64,000 nucleotides of DNA from an uncultured Elusimicrobia bacterium. GTDB taxonomy: Bacteria > Elusimicrobiota > Elusimicrobia > 2-01-FULL-59-12. Of the stretch, positions 61,601-64,000 are shown piece after piece. Position 1 is the stretch's first letter; every line of letters begins with the position of its first letter. The DNA is taken from assembly GCA_963702895.1 (NCBI GenBank), contig OY969767.1, positions 1 through 64,000 of the forward strand, in the 5' to 3' direction. The notes below the pieces were generated by a model. The model saw only the letters and a program-made list of their open reading frames with translations. It searched no databases and was not told the origin of the DNA. The position numbers were made by a program, and so were the translations under genes.

Positions 61601-64000
61601 TCATAGAAAATTCTGTTGGTGACCGACACCGTGTTGCCTGCGCTGTCGGTTGCCTTGACCGTGATGTCATAGCGGCGATCGTTGAGGAAAAAGAGGTCCG
61701 CGTTGTCGTAAGTCCAATTCGCGGCGGTTCCTTGAGCGGGGAGATAGAAAGGACCGCCGGCGGTATAGGTGGAGCCGTTGAAATAAAGAGGCCCCCCATC
61801 GACGTTCGTGATGCTGAGGGTGACGGTGGACACGCCCGTGGGATTGGAGCCGGGATCGGAGGAGGTGCCGGCGAAAGGCGTCGAGACCAGGACCTGGGAG
61901 TAGAACCCATTGTTGGCGGGTTTCGTGATGGCGACCGAGGGCGCCTGGGTGTCGTAGGTGAAGGTGGTGATTTGTGTGGCGAAGGAGTTGCCGGCCAGAT
62001 CGGCGAACTGGGCGCGGAGGTAATAGATGTTGCCGGAGACCAGCGCCGCGCCTGGAATGGTGTAGTACCAGTTGGCGGCAGTGGTGGTGGTGATCCAGGT
62101 CTGGGAGGCCGGGGCTGTCCAGGTGGAGCCGGACCAGTAGGATTTTGAGCCGCCCAAGCCCGTGGAGATTTCGACCTGGGTGAGGGTGATGCCCGAGAGA
62201 TCATCGGAGGAGGGTCCGAACATGCCAATGGTGGCGCTGGAGATATTGGCGTTGGCATGGGGGTAGGTGATGGCGCCCGCGGGAACAATATCATCGATCT
62301 TAAAGGTCATGACATCGGTGCCGGCCGTGGTCGGGACGTTGATGTTTCCTGTGCCGGTGCCATCGGCGCTCGTCGAGTCGTCTTCGGCGCGGGCTTCCAT
62401 GGTGATCGAGTAGCTTTGGCCCGCGCTGGGCCAGGCGATGGAGAGGCCGTAGGTCCAGGCGCCGGCGGTGGCGGTGTTTTGCCAGGCGGTGTCGGCGGTG
62501 ACGGTGAAGGAGGAGAAGGCGGCGCCGGTCCAGTAGTAGGTGTCATTCGCCAGGAGATAAGAGAGCCGCAATCCCACGTTCTTGACGCCGGCGGCCAGAG
62601 GTCCCGTATCGGAGGAGCTTCCGGACAAGAGCGAAGCCGGTTGGCCGATGTTGGCGCGCTTGAAGGAGAGGTTGTTGGAGGCCGGCACGGTGATGGAGGC
62701 TGAAGGCTCTGTGTCGTCATAGGTCAGGGTCATGGAGGAACCGGGCGAAGCAAAGGTGGATTGGGTGAGGCCTGAGGGCGCGGTGGCCGAAGCCACAAAG
62801 ACGTATTGGGCATGGTCCGTCAGGGCCGCGGCGAGATTAACAGTGTAGGTGGAGACCCACGTCAGGCTGCCGGAGGCGCCGATGAACCAGGGGTTGGCCT
62901 GGTTCTTGGTGAAGTTGGTGCCGTCAAACCAGAGGCTGGGGGATCCGATCTTCTTAACGGCGAAGGCGACGCTTCGGATGCCGACGTCGCCGGAAGCGGT
63001 GCCGGTGATCTGAGGGAGCTGGTTGAAGGTCAGATTGGCCGGCAGGGACGCATACGTGGGAACAGTCATCACGGCGGTGGGTGCGGCGGTGTCATAGATG
63101 ACGGTGATGCCGGCGCCGGCGGGGATATTGGCGGCGGAGAGACCGAATTCGGTATTGCCGGCGATATCGGTGGATCGGCAGATGATGAAGTAGGTGGAGC
63201 CGCTGGTGAGAGCGGCCTGCAGGGCCACGGGCAGGTTGTAGGACCAGGTGCCGGAGGAAGCCCCTATATAGGTAGCGGTGGAGTAAGCGGGGTTGGCGGC
63301 GACGAAGGAAGCGCCGTTCCACCAGGATCCGCCGACAAGCTGTACGGCGACGGAAACGCTCGAACTATAGATGCCGGAAGGATAGGTGGGTGAACCGATC
63401 TGGTCACTCGCGCGGCCTGTGACTTGAGTCCAAGAGGTGATGTAGCCGGCGGCCGGGGAGGTGATGGCGGAGGTCGGCTTCTGGACGTCATAGACGAAGT
63501 TGAGAGCGGCGTTATTCGAATTCTGGGCGTTATCGGTGGCGGTGACCGAGAGTTGATAGAGGTGGTCGTTGGTAAAGCTGATGCCGGGTCGGTCAAAGGA
63601 CCAGGCGGCGGGTGATCCTCCGGCGGGTGAGGAGGTGTAGAGGTTAAAGGCGCCGGTGACGTCCTGCAGAGTGAGTGTGACAGTGGAAACCCCGGTGGGG
63701 TTGGAACCTGGATCGGTGGCGGTGCCGGCGAAGGGTGTGGATAAGAGGATTTGGGAATAGAAGCCATTATTGGTCGGCTGGGTAATCGAGACGGTCGGCA
63801 CCTGGGTGTCGTAGGTGAAGGTGGTGACCTGGGTGGCAAAGGCGTTGCCGGCGACGTCGGTGAAGGAGGCGCGCAGGTAATAGATATTGCCGGACGTGAG
63901 CGCGGCGCCTGGGATGGTGTAGTACCAGTTGGCGGCGGTGGTGGTGGTGATCCAGGTCTGGGAAGCCGGAGCGGTCCAGGTGGAGCCGGACCAGTAGGAC
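31591..64000 (-). CDS. Giant Ig-like repeat surface protein/adhesin (over 10,700 aa in this frame, 5' end beyond the window)
   Basis: One uninterrupted Thr/Ser/Gly/Ala-rich frame, still open at 64000. Tandem DT.AP...IT.P Ig-like domains, then about 32 L-PGE-..PG..GK.G.P..TAG units, then D-x-N-x-N-G modules. Confidence 0.93.
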   Translation of the reverse strand, partial: SYWSGSTWTAPASQTWITTTTAANWYYTIPGAALTSGNIYYLRASFTDVAGNAFATQVTTFTYDTQVPTVSITQPTNNGFYSQILLSTPFAGTATDPGSNPTGVSTVTLTLQDVTGAFNLYTSSPAGGSPAAWSFDRPGISFTNDHLYQLSVTATDNAQNSNNAALNFVYDVQKPTSAITSPAAGYITSWTQVTGRASDQIGSPTYPSGIYSSSVSVAVQLVGGSWWNGASFVAANPAYSTATYIGASSGTWSYNLPVALQAALTSGSTYFIICRSTDIAGNTEFGLSAANIPAGAGITVIYDTAAPTAVMTVPTYASLPANLTFNQLPQITGTASGDVGIRSVAFAVKKIGSPSLWFDGTNFTKNQANPWFIGASGSLTWVSTYTVNLAAALTDHAQYVFVASATAPSGLTQSTFASPGSSMTLTYDDTEPSASITVPASNNLSFKRANIGQPASLLSGSSSDTGPLAAGVKNVGLRLSYLLANDTYYWTGAAFSSFTVTADTAWQNTATAGAWTYGLSIAWPSAGQSYSITMEARAEDDSTSADGTGTGNINVPTTAGTDVMTFKIDDIVPAGAITYPHANANISSATIGMFGPSSDDLSGITLTQVEISTGLGGSKSYWSGSTWTAPASQTWITTTTAANWYYTIPGAALVSGNIYYLRAQFADLAGNSFATQITTFTYDTQAPSVAITKPANNGFYSQVLVSTPFAGTSSDPGSNPTGVSTVTLSITNVDGGPLYFNGSTYTAGGPFYLPAQGTAANWTYDNADLFFLNDRRYDITVKATDSAGNTVSVTNRIFYDVAKPTSTITSPAPPYMTDFDDVTGQATDNPGGTTYANPANLSTSSVQLAFKQVGSNWWNGANFTASADPVYYTVTNTTTPQPNTWTYTLPGALQSAIISGTTYRFVTRSTDTAGNAEFGPLSSDLPAGVGLTILFDSATANSAVSFPANNNSYVLVSSITGTATDTLTGSGVNTVSIALIDTIDRYWAGTATEWTGNCSGACNPWQNATFVGSSSGTWTYNDFNAGTFSSNATYRVFVRGIDRAGNTPANPTFTAGGTVFTVDATVPVSVTTAPANNSNIGTMAPALAGTATDMSSGGSGIANVVCRVGRSDGKYLNPLITDFDATPTALNFPFTATVNVAVFPNYNWSRTLTPGQYSLFVDGYQYFVESKATDFAGNIEVAYSTISFIMDLSTPTAAITYPTAGGYVSQTGYVMGTSTDALVAPGHVPSGIASVKVRISTDSFSSFWTGSSWTATANTWQSASLTPSTTFWTLPQSLWLTNVTFSAEAYATDKAGNSQVAYSTSTFTADFTAPSGTITTPSSTPLFILNTLTGNATDVAPGIINTVQLSYQRNDTGFYWSPVSGAFDSASEVFLNATSVDSVTGAWTATGSSTPTWATSITGITYNIFAKAVDLAANGAPKPGSPLFNTSYVQVTLQSPPPSSVIISPDGTNPHLRSNIILLQGTAANATTVQAQLVDCGVDITCGSGDDDQVWNGADFVSTHTFNGYVGVTSFSGGTWQLSIPQVKWSTNHNYVLYTLARDLLNGTVEASPQSVIFVIDDTPPSGVMTAPDSRLYLNSLPTLSGTATDVSPGLMTQTYFRVARAEDGSKYWNWQSSTFTALAAVVTDLPATLNGGIWSYTTTYFQIDTGTGAWENNRSYVAHQIMVDKAGNSLDLAHAAFTFDIVIPTATLTIPAAGLAGIKSLPSLSGAAVDNNVNNIVNLAIYSHTDESWFDGSGFNVLQSTPYFIATTTSSNATAWTYAPANLDVKFQNNRKYTLVTQAVDVAGNSQSTFTVNSSSYIITVDKAAPTLALIAPPTAGASYQPDNIGQSGTVSRFHGTTSDAGLYASGVHHVEIQLSYLLANDTYYWDGNANQFSSFTVTATSAWFGAGSGWLYTKDIVWPTDASHVMTFQARSVDNASLGDGTGGGNVSAPISVSFNVDINPPAGAITYPHANATISSATVGMFGSSSDDLSGITLSQVEISTGLAAAKSYWSGSTWTAPTSQTWITTTTAANWFYTIPGAALVSGNIYYLRAQFTDLAGNSFATQVTSFTYDTQAPTVSITQPTNNGFYSQVLVSTPFAGTSSDPGSNPTGVSTVTLTLQDVTGAFNLYTSSPAGGTPATWSFDRPGISFTNDHLYQLSVTATDNALNPGNASVNFVYDVQKPTSAITSPAAGYITSWTQVTGRASDQIGSPTYPSGIYSSSVSVAVQLVGGSWWNGASFVAANPVYSSASYIGASSGTWSYNLPAALQSALLSGSTYFIISRSTDIAGNTEFGLSAANIPAGAGITVIYDTAAPTAVITMPVLASTSGVMSLSIASGTASGDVGISNVQVAIQNIANGLWMDASYNFTVGPQASPNFISVTSTAPGNPASWSFAPAGLAGKLLGNQKYLLVAKAFAPSGLSQSVFTVDVSSIQVIIDTAAPNVAITVPNPVGTPSYQRANIGKTATGSLLAGTITDPLSLASGVKNYQIRLSYLLAPDTYYYDGAVFSSYTVTADTAWRTRTSGSGAWTYPFDISWPAIGTSRLVKMEVRGEDNALSAGGATPGNLSVPTSTGTDITFFKLDDVAPAGAITYPYASANLSSATIGMYGSASDDLAGLNTLQVEISTGLAGSKSYWTGSAWSAPGAQAWITTTTAANWFYTIPAGALTSGNIYYLRAQFADLAGNSFATQITTFTYDTQAPTVSITQPTSNGFYSQVLVSTPFAGTSTDPGSNPTGVSTVTITLQDVTGAFNLYTSSAAGGSPASWSFNRAGISFINDHLYQLTAVATDNALNPGNASVNFVYDVQKPTSAITSPAAGYVTSWTQVTGRASDQTGSPTYPSGIYSSSVSVAVQLFGGSWWNGASFAAANPVYSTASYIGASSGTWSYNLPVALQSALLSGSTYFIISRSTDIAGNTEFGLSAANIPAGAGITVIYDTAAPTAVITMPVLASTSGVTSLSITSGTATGDVGISNVQVAIQNIANGLWMDASYNFTVGPQASPNFISVTSTAPGNPASWSFAPAGLAGKLLGNQKYLLVAKAFAPSGLSQSVFTVDVSSIQVIIDTAAPNIAITVPNPAGTPSYQRANIGKTATGSLLAGTITDPLSLASGVKNYQIRLSYLLAPDTYYYDGAVFSSYTVTADTAWRTRTSGSGAWTYPFDISWPAIGTSRLIKMEVRGEDNALSAGGATPGNLSVPASIGTDIASFKLDDVSPTGAITYPYANANLSSSTIGMYGSASDDLAGLNTLQVEISTGLGAAKSYWTGSAWSAPTVQTWITTTTATNWFYTIPAGALTSGNIYYLRAQFADLAGNSYATQVTTFTYDTQVPTVSITQPTNNGFYSQVLLSTPFAGTSSDPGSNPTGVSTVTLTLQDVTGAFNLYTSSPAGGSPATWSFDRAGISFVNDHLYQLSVTATDNAQNSNNAALNFVYDVQKPTSAITSPAAGYITSWTQVTGRASDQIGSPTYPSGIYSSSVSVAVQLVGGSWWNNASFAAANPVYSTASYIGASSGTWSYNLPAALQSALLSGSTYFIISRSTDIAGNTEFGLSAANIPAGAGITVIYDTAAPTAVITMPVLASTSGVTSLSITSGTATGDVGISNVQVAIQSLSNGLWMDGSYNFTVGPQAVPNFISVTSTATTNPVSWSFAPAGLAGKLLGNQKYLLVAKAFAPSGLSQSVFTVDVSSIQVIIDTAAPNIAITVPNPAGTPSYQRANIGKTATGSLLAGTITDPLSLASGVKNYQIRLSYLLAPDTYYYDGAVFSSYTVTADTAWRTRTSGSGAWTYPFDISWPAIGTSRLIKMEVRGEDNALSAGGATPGNLSVPASIGTDIASFKLDDVSPTGAITYPYANANLSSSTIGMYGSASDDLAGLNTLQVEISTGLGAAKSYWTGSAWSAPTVQTWITTTTATNWFYTIPAGALTSGNIYYLRAQFADLAGNSYATQVTTFTYDTQVPTVSITQPTNNGFYSQVLLSTPFAGTSSDPGSNPTGVSTVTLTLQDVTGAFNLYTSSPAGGSPATWSFDRAGISFVNDHLYQLSVTATDNALNPGNASVNFVYDVQKPTSAITSPSGNYFRTLTNVSGTATDSPGSIYNYPAGISTSSIQLGIKAISSNWWNGTNFNGTDPTYSYFTVTNTTTTSPNTWTVSVPGGLQSALVSGQSYRFVTRATDLAENAEFGALAANIPAGVGVTILFDNVNVASTITVPTNGGYYRTVSSFTGTADDTVSGSGISGMDIAVTDALNRYWNGSAWTGDCSSSCNPWQAANFTGASSGTWSYTSLSGAFSSNAYYRLFVRGVDKASNIPADPSFIAGGVRFNVDATTPTSTVTSPADGTILSAGITSLAGAAFDTSANGSGISSVKVRIGRFSDGLYLNPISGLFDNSGTAEGFPLATTVTPGVLPNYTWSQTGTLLVSYFGDDKYHVEARATDNAGNVEVAYSTISFTVDSTSPTTTITQPVTGNAYSVTQPLTNITGSSNDPNLFPSSVANVKLSIAEISGGNTNYFNGSIFSAATEYMLLATSTAPWSYWASGLNAGSLINGASYRIHALAKDIAGNTDVVSTTSTFVFDTDTPISTVTFPVDGDVQQNPTNVAGTASDVGPAGLNKVQISLRLDNAPTSQTAGPEDYFFDPSSFTAVNNSSFSSTSEFWFDASGAANWNYGTASIWISGKRYWAKARALDRAGNIETVGSTGNGNSFIVTLPASQLQISVTTTTAITAGTSRDITVTALDNGGNVAVTYTGTVGFLMDGGAGPESSGNGLPANYAFTAADLGVHVFSGGLVPVKAANNRSLTVQAVAGPAVSPAVQSGINVIPNTTVGLQVLIQGESNAGGKMTAPAGKNTVPLNFTAGSPFNVTVNAVDQYWNVTPSSSPSTVQVVTSDPYAATPGNRPLTSGTTNFAHALVTSGVQTFSASGAGTANTSTNITINAGAANRMLVVLPGQTYVPGSPTGKAGTPNAMLAGETLTATVYGVDTYFNTDTSDNTDKIWAFLANDTYAAKPSSQTLVSGTTLFAFVPVTAGSQVVQSTSAMTNPSYVSTSFSVNPDTASANTQRLQLILQGEAAVAGLPPYGITNGGKSGSPLGQFAGLGSTMTVRLVDRFYNLITGSLVMPTVDVTVNDPNVSGAASVGLVNGVAIATITFHTQNNTFSPNDHPNRNQRGWVITATDQIIGEYITDISTYVPVWPGPVTKLRVMTANQTYDEGTSPAGSGKTNSGAPGSATAGVAFPVTVHATDHYWNRNRGQGPLYSANVNDQVYLQSNDLYATGNSTSSMNQGQKAFAALIPYTATTTWNFTVVDVDSTTVSSQTISNIVVSPNLGGILHYQVLLPGETPTPGSSAYAAGPGKTGTPNPQTAGTAISQVEVRLVDDYFNQIKSGPALPYVQLTAASLPLDQYAVMPSSKQMSNPGSTGFRALFNSTVTLNTAGPALSHRLQASDPDTVYGSTVSAFFTVSPATLSRLQLLVTGETAEAGNVSASPPGKSGQPNNGNPVTAGTSLSVTVNATDDFFNIISTNGVVYLTSDDAYGTPNNTAALSKALSAGTTTFTATLVTAQDVSAAAITHHFVSTWTLAGDQSPDFLMQAATPPSKLQILLPGEGAIPGNAAVGGKSGSITPAVAGENYNITVRLTDNWYNAVGNSGQTTNLSLTTTDPYDPTDPDNSKWISAGAGNYSVTFNHPFQRADTTGWNVAVSTVGGPLAAPATAGPVVVGPDTYTGGLHTHRLLVLMPGQTYDPGNTAGNGKQGSVDFTAALGHAIPVAGENFPVTVIGADRFYNRIYDAENPSVQMTGNAGGSTYPVFTPSANFTLSLGSSTITARVNKAGGTNLFTATQVAPVQTYVYNANTGSNFGVSAGPAARLQLVIQGETANPGSPTGKSGSPATPFTAGVISTASVNATDVLFNRVTSASAKVRMTVNDPYAVQTNIQQDLINGTTLFNLQFLTATPSGWAVRVSTSFGDALSDDQSVALPVAANTPTKIMVTLPGLTLVPGNVSQGGLSGTPDKQIAGGLWFASATITDDYYNPVGNNGTGSLWFKTSDVYDRDGSTSTLAGGTTNFAVTMITTGTQSLNIYPSTLDQYSTGTVSNITINPAALDHFQLLVQGETAEPGKPLDYGFAGDPAGKNGAPAAPFTAGTSFSATVNAVDVFNNRISTDAAVSLYSDDVYGTPSDTVPLTKALTAGSTTFTITLLTAQTPAAGALNHTLWVSGAVMGDTSPSFAMQANTAAKLQVLLPGESPMPGSAIGKTNAPTSTIAGENYWVTVRMTDAWYNAVGYASGATGIRLATNDPYDPNNPDNSKSFLTGVGTFTVTYNHPFQTANPSGWMVTASTRSGPALLAITTGPVVVNPDTLNGGLHTHQLLALLPGETYTPGKTAAPGGRTGTPFTGTGLSTPTAGQMVPVTVIATDRFYNRIFDAENPAVQISANATLYPAYTSPAPNFTVNNGSYTVSAAIRASTTTANFFVRQSAVQTYAYSSATTTVFAVDPSAATQLQLLIAGETAVPGKTAAPAGKTGTPNSGTPFTAGQIYTATVNATDSLFNRVASAGAQIQMTVDDPYALTTNVQQNLVNGTTVFAFQFLTANAAGWRVSVSTTAGAALTSAQSPLLPVVADAPSKIMVTLPGLTLVPGDVSNNGLSGSPATITAGTLWYATATITDNYYNPVGNAATGSVWFQSSDPYDLDGATNTLLSGTTHFAVQMYQAGTQSLDIYCQVGTCSYSTATVAGIPIASGAIDRVLILLPGETYMTGKPPHTPASGGTGGKATPDNPSNWTAGTAQMVTVYATDAYWNQTSSAATVTLSAPQDTHATGIGTKNMVNGTTTYSVTLFKAVDYNGFDQTLQATVVGLGNPTYTSPQARVYPDSGQGSAKFLRLLVNGESADPGSTDRKTGSPVGPAADTHFVAGSTITFTLDATDTWGNIISTNPAVTIVTDDANAKPSASFAKTLTQGTTTFQWNWVTKRTPDLGGTTPTLTTASATASGFNAAYLSLAVDPDVTKRNLQILVQGENPAQGTGYFPLGTGGKTGAPATFTAGQAIPITVRTVDDYWNLVETPSVGQPNIYVQTNDPHVSNPLVGGAPTTSGILATSVQLATKNLTPGWVLTSSGSASGNLFAINNSSPVPVDAGTLAKLQIIVPGETAVPGDLANSGKSGTPQPQTAGTSFALAAGTLRAVDAYYNTVSTNGVVALSLSDIYGSLSAGTVNLSGGLSVAGVNVTLAVSTVTFSPQVIYASGFSVPSSTSSAIPVNTGTPVHLQLLVSGETAVPGAPVGKTGSPSVTTAGTSWVATVNLVDSRFNKVAQAVQPTVNMTMTDAYATVAPNPLTLGIGGQGTFNIMFKAANTSPGWQVTAATTAASAITVSSDTSNFIVVNSTTSDHILLVLPGQTAVPGSARGFTGTADAATAGVPYISTVTITDRFYNPRIDLTPQIQMLTTDPYDVDPATKVVNGPTPFAITFVKAPGPWTVSVSTLPSYLGQVLISTTSDPVTVGAGPAAKLQVLLPGQTSDPGKAPYDQGQNGGYSGLPDGDLGTGGVQPFTAGQAFDVTVNLVDNYFNRANTVDTFVQLATDDPFASAGVTALGSKQTGVNPNPTGQAVFNNVTMITRNPAGWQITASTSTGDPYTRSLSTWVIVQSDVATKLLVLAPGESSQEGSSAGSGKQGSPSGPFMVGTTYYVQIRAVDNYYNIVTSTNPVVTLSADDPNMVSPSTDSPKIMSAGVVTMPFMLKTAEIFPNGTRTTYLNASAAGFTTGAPYQSGGLVMAATDYSTVQVLVPGQTGAPGTATGKATTTISTQAAGASFNPTLRAVDRYFNVTSAQPSGMTLTSSDPYDHRPGEYQTDPLPVSLNSGSLISTWTFVTANASGWALTLTAPGQTDVSPSIPVRSGTQKTLQLVLPGETGVGGLGTYNLNGTGRTGATQAWTTGISSHVIIRVVDKHFNVVADAGVSVKLQNNTDTYAPQPILPLTGTTTYAFVLTVATASTSFTATWQSGAALDPSSMTVLSSTFSVFANVPVKLQLLVPGETAAPGSPTGKTSVSITTQAAGVSFPVTVNAVDANWNLVPANAQVTLASNDPYAASLAPQTLTAGTTLFQMVFAKANPSPGGWTLSVSTTSGSATTLSSATSATIPVGPGPAAKLHFLLPNQTAVPGNVTIEGRTGSPSNATAGIAYNVTVRLTDAYYNVQTNAALPSVQLLSTDPNDTEPAFIGGNPQSLDPGTASATFGAVLVTTGAWSFAASTATGNFYLPDTSTNVVVAPGGPTKLLILLPGQTHYPGTLGGYTGIASTQTAGTAFEATIYATDQYSNVVSTGRNPVFVYTSDPYDVNPDSFSLVAGQLTVNTVNPYTAGLTTLFAVDNNSDSPVLATASSTFTVTAAAASKVQLVLPGETAVPGNLSLLRGVTGTPNTQLAGNMFRVTVSLVDAFWNPVTSATGPVRLVSSDPNNTSTGPWTSDGKDPVLVYISTGSFAVSYNLVTASTQGWTLQASSTYSYTAFTSSRVPVQANGSSGFTRNLLALLPGESAAPGTATGKTGPVSAYTVGNVLNVVGFVTDKFYNIITVPPASSGANSASIQISVQNNTDPYASIPSATENTTALTGQVTFAGMSLFKAATHQFVLTDVSAGHAPPWTTSVSSILTASPRTASNLLLLMPVESETPGSGAPGKSGPVTTLTAGSPVSATVKVVDTYFNPVTSHNAEDLSIVTSDTFGVVSATQTFVNGQSQGVFTVQMRTAGSHTAAAVDTNQQDGGTTWTASTSPVSGTFTVVPGAATQLLVLAPGETLVPGSATGKTGTPGPQVAGQNFVVTVYQTDAQYNIVPTGTMPEVQLTGNDSGVMWVSPGNPSSLLPGQGYLNFTVKPSSAQASFMITASTTPTSPQSVNSGTSSAIPVYPGQKHHVHFTNYPASAIAGQPFSGCVVMHDQYHNVMSTGPYTDPVTQTSISFDAQTTSNGGLTDSAQNPAWLPGTTNYNLISGAGQICLTNYFSLYAAGSRWIKAYDTSDPINITSERGWGSGGVVYSTRPYLTITAGDPSQFVVGPAADVNVPAGSLSSLGSYPIFAKLADSYNNYASSAGIVVTLSTFGVVGATGTLSASVTASSSTPPVPIGSVVTDSSGTIGVSSGLYYYVSSKAGDSSQVRFSATVGALLVSNTSGRMTTTGGTTSKLAYLSAPVSQTAGTLASSLTPFVMERRDDFDNPTTLANLNVSLDYSANSQVATHAGRGFSSSSHDFEFQTAGGTPISGVSFTGGESQKSFVYFDKMSSTPQEDGRLGTWILQAYVGSSYSNANIRIPYNLIVNPGVTAKMAFHTPARTLQAGLPLHPTGDLNLSAFNVQMQDTYGNPTPTASSMTVQLLSNRVASSSFDAYGFSASTAILPPPPPTAPGFQASTTSIVINSGLWGATFYYLDTHASVNYAVPSSSPRISAWVNGVSWSTASQPVNIVPSSIYNLGFLTAPSTLVAGTTSQVFTMATQDIYGNPSPILTGDFGGPTAAFDLSSSSTGTLKFMTPYSTSSYSSGTGTALLAVGQSTTTFYMVDTLAGNHQVTVSKSGSGWGSATSTYTVQAAPPSQLAFITPSRYLIAGTTVQYEPNYLVGAPTTTVITAQTRDAFGNVSPVSSNTVIAFYIDNATSTLPSSGARGGISPANLNTFVNISGGAPSVLPVPLTSGSSQVSMYYYDMIQGTHTMVAHDNANVLADARITHFISPAPASYITIETAHVAATPLPVNTLLPFGTFSARDQFGNVATGDPKNGQYYTGSIHFTTSGSTDTVFLADASAPATPISTYTFTLADRGVYGNLLISDSIQETLQVRATDYATPVPALVPGNNSFDSSETLVRGWTNDIARTIPVNSLGDVVTAGIVVTPVDLAPVSPAHPTYAAKQLALVGTPWQGKTSIAQGNGSLPTDFIPVPMIRLSLALLPPTYSSSTVVSQIRVAKQTVSGVLGDSDISELELVYDANGDGVMDPETSYGGLPTYDQVLTTATFVSGVATFSNLNLTVTAIQQKNLFVAVRISSSTVTPLPANLGLKITDPTQITVSGLGVASNNFQMLTSTSPVVRQPANIRVQGQDIAAWWNPGSGLAQQNNLIQGVTAAGFLRLAMWTDAFQGVVNKIRVTRSGTGNDFDITGVKIYQDVNGNGTLESSIDALISGVTPFVNQESTVTLTSNLIVTPTTSYVFLTYDISPAAVQASQGMSVRGPSDIFPTDGQVASFAQINSSTITVNPSNDQLDLSRVNDPAGGFSVPAVATQGNQNVPIMKMTLQARNPSGGGVVNTAILTHLRLDRGNPNGLNKARDVEAIRLYLDSNSNGIFDVATDIQVTNSNQTNTFAQAVLTQSVDLSTDIVHVSNAFVFPPAPGRFNIGSEMMTYAGLDATNNELTGVTRGIDGTTISSHLVGSVVEGQAYMSIIDPQGFLSGQALGATPEVYFLTYDINELAQVNTVASLGAEIRSTTYFVVEAPKTVGNYSGNIGLPSVGGQSVSYISNILEYADYVVLTSTDVPITITPDSLQQGSTNQVIMRFSLKTDKARAALQNITFARTGTSSDADVARIKIWVDKLGTGLFNAVADAPPIGTGVFGNPAAGLAKIVFDTTTYSSDLNDLTTGPLKIDTQARNLNNYFVTFDIATLANPQMTLGVSVTSATYIGVSAPNVSSSTNIPAASKLRTIIPSPQTLHVDKEYYFSNDTGSYPLPRLLAPIQPADNSVTLDTTNGLPSSGMLVIDGEAISYQSITANVLNTVARCVTSSCDPLSPPSHSTFTLINNVEAPNYVGVSYTQGMRNVAVMKLTLYDETNFNIRWFSLDLGRAVPGGMTGADSDLSSLKVYSGDPLCARPRGMSASTIPCWGPA
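51850..57900 (-). repeat. Three tandem 1875-bp (625-aa) near-identical units within the giant gene, with related copies at about 61860-64000
   Basis: The YDTQ[AV]PTVSITQP landmark recurs at about 57820, 55945, 54070 and 52195. Shadow ORFs recur at an exact 1875-bp offset (52671, 54546, 56421). Confidence 0.92.

Overview
GC-rich bacterial window, probably Elusimicrobiota-like (inferred from protein style only). Left 28 kb: a lower-GC CpaB-like fragment and a 260-bp IS-remnant/MITE, then housekeeping genes (argC, rsmI, ndk, tkt, folD, metF), a GAF+HD-GYP protein, a secreted NHL/FN3/transglutaminase-like/TPR protein, and an operon of long coiled-coil proteins, one with an exact 61-residue period. 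A PorV/PorQ-family outer-membrane gene follows. The right 36 kb is one giant minus-strand surface-protein gene, open at the window edge and split by one apparent frameshift at about 31650. Fused it is at least about 11,880 aa and ends in a T9SS/FlgD-Ig-like C-terminal domain. The most unusual observation: the porV-like gene is preceded by a c-di-GMP-I riboswitch whose P2 and P3 stems are each interrupted by a pair of small hairpins. Most belong to a ~20-nt CGCCACAC-N-GGCG family that also forms 90-bp cassettes inside REP stems elsewhere in the window. All calls come from reading the sequence by eye; no searches were run.
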